Shown: piece after piece, positions 61,405 through 64,000 of the stretch
How the letters are laid out: every line of letters starts with the position of its first letter
Position numbering within the stretch: the stretch's first letter is position 1
From: an uncultured Acidimicrobiaceae bacterium
GTDB lineage: Bacteria; Actinomycetota; Acidimicrobiia; Acidimicrobiales; Bog-793
DNA length: 64,000 nt
Assembly: GCA_963838845.1 (NCBI GenBank)
Contig: CAWISR010000002.1
Location: forward strand, 430,663 to 494,662
Reading direction: 5' to 3'
Notes under the pieces: generated by a model
Told to the model about the DNA's origin: nothing
What the model saw: the letters and a program-made list of their open reading frames with translations, nothing else
Database searches by the model: none
Translations under genes and position numbers: made by a program

Positions 61405-61631
61405 AACCCACCGCGACGTCGCGCCACGTGGTTCGGTCCGGAGTCGTCCGCGTCTACGACGAGGAGGTCGGCCTCGGCGAGGTCGAGTCCGACGATGGCG
61501 CGACCTTCCCGTTCCACGCGACGACGATCGCCGACGGCACGCGCACGATCCTTCCGGGCACACGGGTCCACTTCGTCCTCGTGTTCGCGCCCCGTGGGCG
61601 CATCGAAGCGGCCGAGGTCACGCCGCGCTGA
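61401..61631 (+). CDS. Small cold-shock/OB-fold-like protein
   Basis: GVVRVYDEEVGLG...FPFHATTIADG...V.F. Confidence 0.6.
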   Translation: MKPTATSRHVVRSGVVRVYDEEVGLGEVESDDGATFPFHATTIADGTRTILPGTRVHFVLVFAPRGRIEAAEVTPR

Positions 61632-61635
61632 ACGG

Positions 61636-62058
61636 TCAGGTTCCCGACGCGTCCTCGTCGTTCGGCGCTGCGGTGCCTTCGCCGTCGCGCGGCTTCGAGA
61701 TCTCGACGAAAGCGAGCCGGATGCTCGAGAGCGCGTCCTTCAGCGTGTCGGAATGGGCGCCGAGGCGGTCCCCGAGGGTGTCGACGACGCCTCCCAAGCC
61801 GTCGATCGCCAGCCTGGCCTTTTCGAGGTTCGGAGGGCGTGCGCCGAGGTGCAACGCGGCGAGCTCGAAGAGCCCGAAGCAGTGGTTCGCCACGATGTCC
61901 TCGACCGGGGCGGCGAGCAATTCGTCGCGCAGAGCCTCGACGTCGGCCTCGTCGGGCGGCGAATCGGCGTGGTCTTCGCCCGGCGGCGGGAGATCGGCGG
62001 CATCGTCGGTCTGCTCCGAGACGCGGTACTCGCCTTCTGGTGTCCAAAGACTCGACAC
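61636..62058 (-). CDS. DUF1844-like protein
   Basis: LFELAALHL...EKARLAID...L..IRLAFV. Confidence 0.7.
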   Translation of the reverse strand: MSSLWTPEGEYRVSEQTDDAADLPPPGEDHADSPPDEADVEALRDELLAAPVEDIVANHCFGLFELAALHLGARPPNLEKARLAIDGLGGVVDTLGDRLGAHSDTLKDALSSIRLAFVEISKPRDGEGTAAPNDEDASGT

Positions 62059-62227
62059 ATTGCTACCCTAGGAGGAAACTCAACGGGTAAGCGGGGTCGC
62101 AGGACGCGGCTCCCACCTGATCACCGTGACCGGGTCGGTCCCGAAGTGTGCATCAGGTTCGGGTCCTGCCCTCGGCATCGCTTCCCCTCTGCGGCACGGG
62201 CCGCGCAACCGGAAGGAGTGATGCCCG

Positions 62228-62818
62228 ATCTCGACAGCACCCACCATCAACGAGCCGCGCATGAACGAACAGATCCGGGCGCGCGAGGTTCGCCTCGTCG
62301 ATCCGGATGGTCAGCAGCTCGGGATCAAGCTGCTTCCTGAGGCACTTGCGATCGCCCGAGACTTGGACCTCGATCTCGTTGAGGTGGCACCCCTCGCGGA
62401 TCCTCCCGTCTGCCGGATCATGGATTACGGGAAGTTCAAATTCGACGAGGCGCAGCGCCAGAAGGAGTCACGGCGCCGGTCGACGAACGTCGGGATCAAA
62501 GAGATGAAGTACCGCCCCAAGATCGGGCAAGGTGACTTCGACACCAAGACCCGTCGCGTGGCGAAGTTCCTCGCCGACGGGCACAAGGTGAAGATCACGA
62601 TCATGTTCCGTGGCCGCGAGGTCTACCACCCCGAGCTCGGGCGCAAGATCCTCGACCGGATCGCCGAAGCGACGGAGGGCAGTGGCAAGGTCGAGGCCGA
62701 GGCACGACTCGACGGCCGGAACATGGTGATGGTTCTCGCGCCCGACAAACGGGCCCGTCAGTCCCAGGCGGCGCGTGCGGCGACACAGGACGCGGCGGAG
62801 ACGAACGGGACCGAGTGA
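62228..62818 (+). CDS. infC: Translation initiation factor IF-3 (probable ATC start)
   Basis: [36 protein letters not shown] 9 nt before in-frame ATC at 62228. Confidence 0.95.
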   Translation: MSTAPTINEPRMNEQIRAREVRLVDPDGQQLGIKLLPEALAIARDLDLDLVEVAPLADPPVCRIMDYGKFKFDEAQRQKESRRRSTNVGIKEMKYRPKIGQGDFDTKTRRVAKFLADGHKVKITIMFRGREVYHPELGRKILDRIAEATEGSGKVEAEARLDGRNMVMVLAPDKRARQSQAARAATQDAAETNGTE

Positions 62819-62865
62819 GCGGGTCGGCGGGGACGCCCCCGCCGGAAGGGCAGATGGGAAAAGCG

Positions 62866-63060
62866 ATGCCGAAGATGAAAACTGATCGAGGCGCCGCGGC
62901 GCGCTTCAAGGTCACCGGGACGGGCAAGATCATGCGCCGGAAGGCGAACCGGTCGCACCTTTTGGAGAAGAAGTCGTCGGTGCGCACGCGCCGACTCGGG
63001 CGCGACACCGAGGTGTCGGCAGCCGACCGCAAGAGCGTGCGGAGGATCCTCGGGATCTGA
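62866..63060 (+). CDS. rpmI: 50S ribosomal protein L35
   Basis: [19 protein letters not shown]...HLLEKK. Confidence 0.95.
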   Translation: MPKMKTDRGAAARFKVTGTGKIMRRKANRSHLLEKKSSVRTRRLGRDTEVSAADRKSVRRILGI

Positions 63061-63119
63061 CGCCAGGCCCGGGACGCGTTCGTTCGCCCCGGGGTGTTCG
63101 AGCATCAGAAAGGAGCACG

Positions 63120-63518
63120 ATGGCGAGGATCAAGCGCGCCGTCCACGCGAAGAAGAGTCATAAGGCGGTCCTCCGCCAGGCGCGGGGCTACTACGGCAAC
63201 AAGTCGCGTTCGTTTCGCTCTGCGAACGAGCAGGTCATGCACTCGATGCAGTACGCGTACCGGGACCGTCGGGCGCGCAAGGGCGAGTTCCGCAAGCTGT
63301 GGATCCAGCGCATCAACGCCGCGGCCCGCGCCGAGGGGATGAGCTATTCGCGCCTCATCGCCGGGCTGCATCGCGCCGAGGTGGCGGTCGACCGCAAGGT
63401 CCTCGCCGATCTCGCGGTGCGCGACGCCGACACCTTCGGAAAGCTCGTCGCAATCGCACGCCGTCACCTCGAACAAGACGGCGCGTCGGACGCCGAGGGC
63501 GAGCGGGCGGCTTCCTGA
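63120..63518 (+). CDS. rplT: 50S ribosomal protein L20
   Basis: MARIKR...GYYG...YAYRDR...[12 protein letters not shown]. Confidence 0.97.
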   Translation: MARIKRAVHAKKSHKAVLRQARGYYGNKSRSFRSANEQVMHSMQYAYRDRRARKGEFRKLWIQRINAAARAEGMSYSRLIAGLHRAEVAVDRKVLADLAVRDADTFGKLVAIARRHLEQDGASDAEGERAAS

Positions 63519-64000
63519 ACGAAGCCGCGCTCGGGCCGCACCACGCCGAGGTGCGGCGACTGCGTCGGCTCGTTGAAAAACGAGCCGAGCGCCGCCGCGA
63601 AGGCGTGCTCGTCGCCGAGGGACCGAAGGTGATCGCCGCCGCGCTCGATGCGGGCGCGGAGATCGCGGCGATCTATGCGGCGCCACGCGCAGAGCGCAGC
63701 CCGATGGCGCATGCCGTGCTCGAACGGGCGTCGGACCTCGGAATCGAGACCTTCCAACTCGCGCCCGGGGTGATCGACTCCGTCGCCGACGCGCAGACGC
63801 CGCAACCGCTCATCGCGACGGTGCGGACGATCGAGCGCGGCATCGACGCGACGATCGACGGCGACGCCGTGCTCGTGCTCGTCGACGTGCGCGACCCGGG
63901 CAATCTCGGTGCCATCTTGCGGGTCGCCGACGCGACTGGCATCGGCGCGGTGATCTGCTGCGTCGGCTGTGTCGACTGGCAGAACCCGAAAGCCGTGCGA
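63515..64000 (+). CDS. TrmH/SpoU family RNA methyltransferase, partial (apparent CTG start)
   Basis: Manual translation: [37 protein letters not shown]. Confidence 0.85.
   Translation, partial: MNEAALGPHHAEVRRLRRLVEKRAERRREGVLVAEGPKVIAAALDAGAEIAAIYAAPRAERSPMAHAVLERASDLGIETFQLAPGVIDSVADAQTPQPLIATVRTIERGIDATIDGDAVLVLVDVRDPGNLGAILRVADATGIGAVICCVGCVDWQNPKAVR

Noticed and set aside
62228..62230. Non-AUG start of infC as a novelty
   Set aside because: Well-established autoregulatory feature of infC.

Overview
High-GC actinobacterial DNA; gene order and protein style suggest Acidimicrobiia (inference). The right third (46.2-64 kb) is core genome: fabI/inhA, rimP-nusA-infB-rbfA-truB-ribF-def-fmt-rpe, and infC-rpmI-rplT-trmH. 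A tRNA-Cys(GCA) at 46130-46204 (-) is followed by a tyrosine integrase, and everything to its left looks like accessory DNA made of short, unrelated genes, many of them secreted. Main observations: (1) Between about 10 and 26 kb, at least 13 copies of a 16-bp core (TAAT-N8-ATTA, usually with the asymmetric spacer WGAACYSR; best copy CGCGTTTAAT-AGAACTCG-ATTAAACGCG) sit in the gaps between genes, mostly in one orientation, often bracketing single genes. This suggests an integron/pdif-like gene-cassette array using a recombination site I do not recognise. (2) Two near-identical IS110-family (IS1111-type) elements have a downstream non-coding region that folds into a bridge/seekRNA-like loop, with guides matching the reconstructed empty target. 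Both inserted into a conserved motif next to the cassette-type sites. (3) Two relic tyrosine-recombinase C-termini, further dispersed repeats and gene fragments point to repeated recombination. Single-base frameshifts, including one in rpe, are probably assembly errors. All calls were made by eye; no database search was run.
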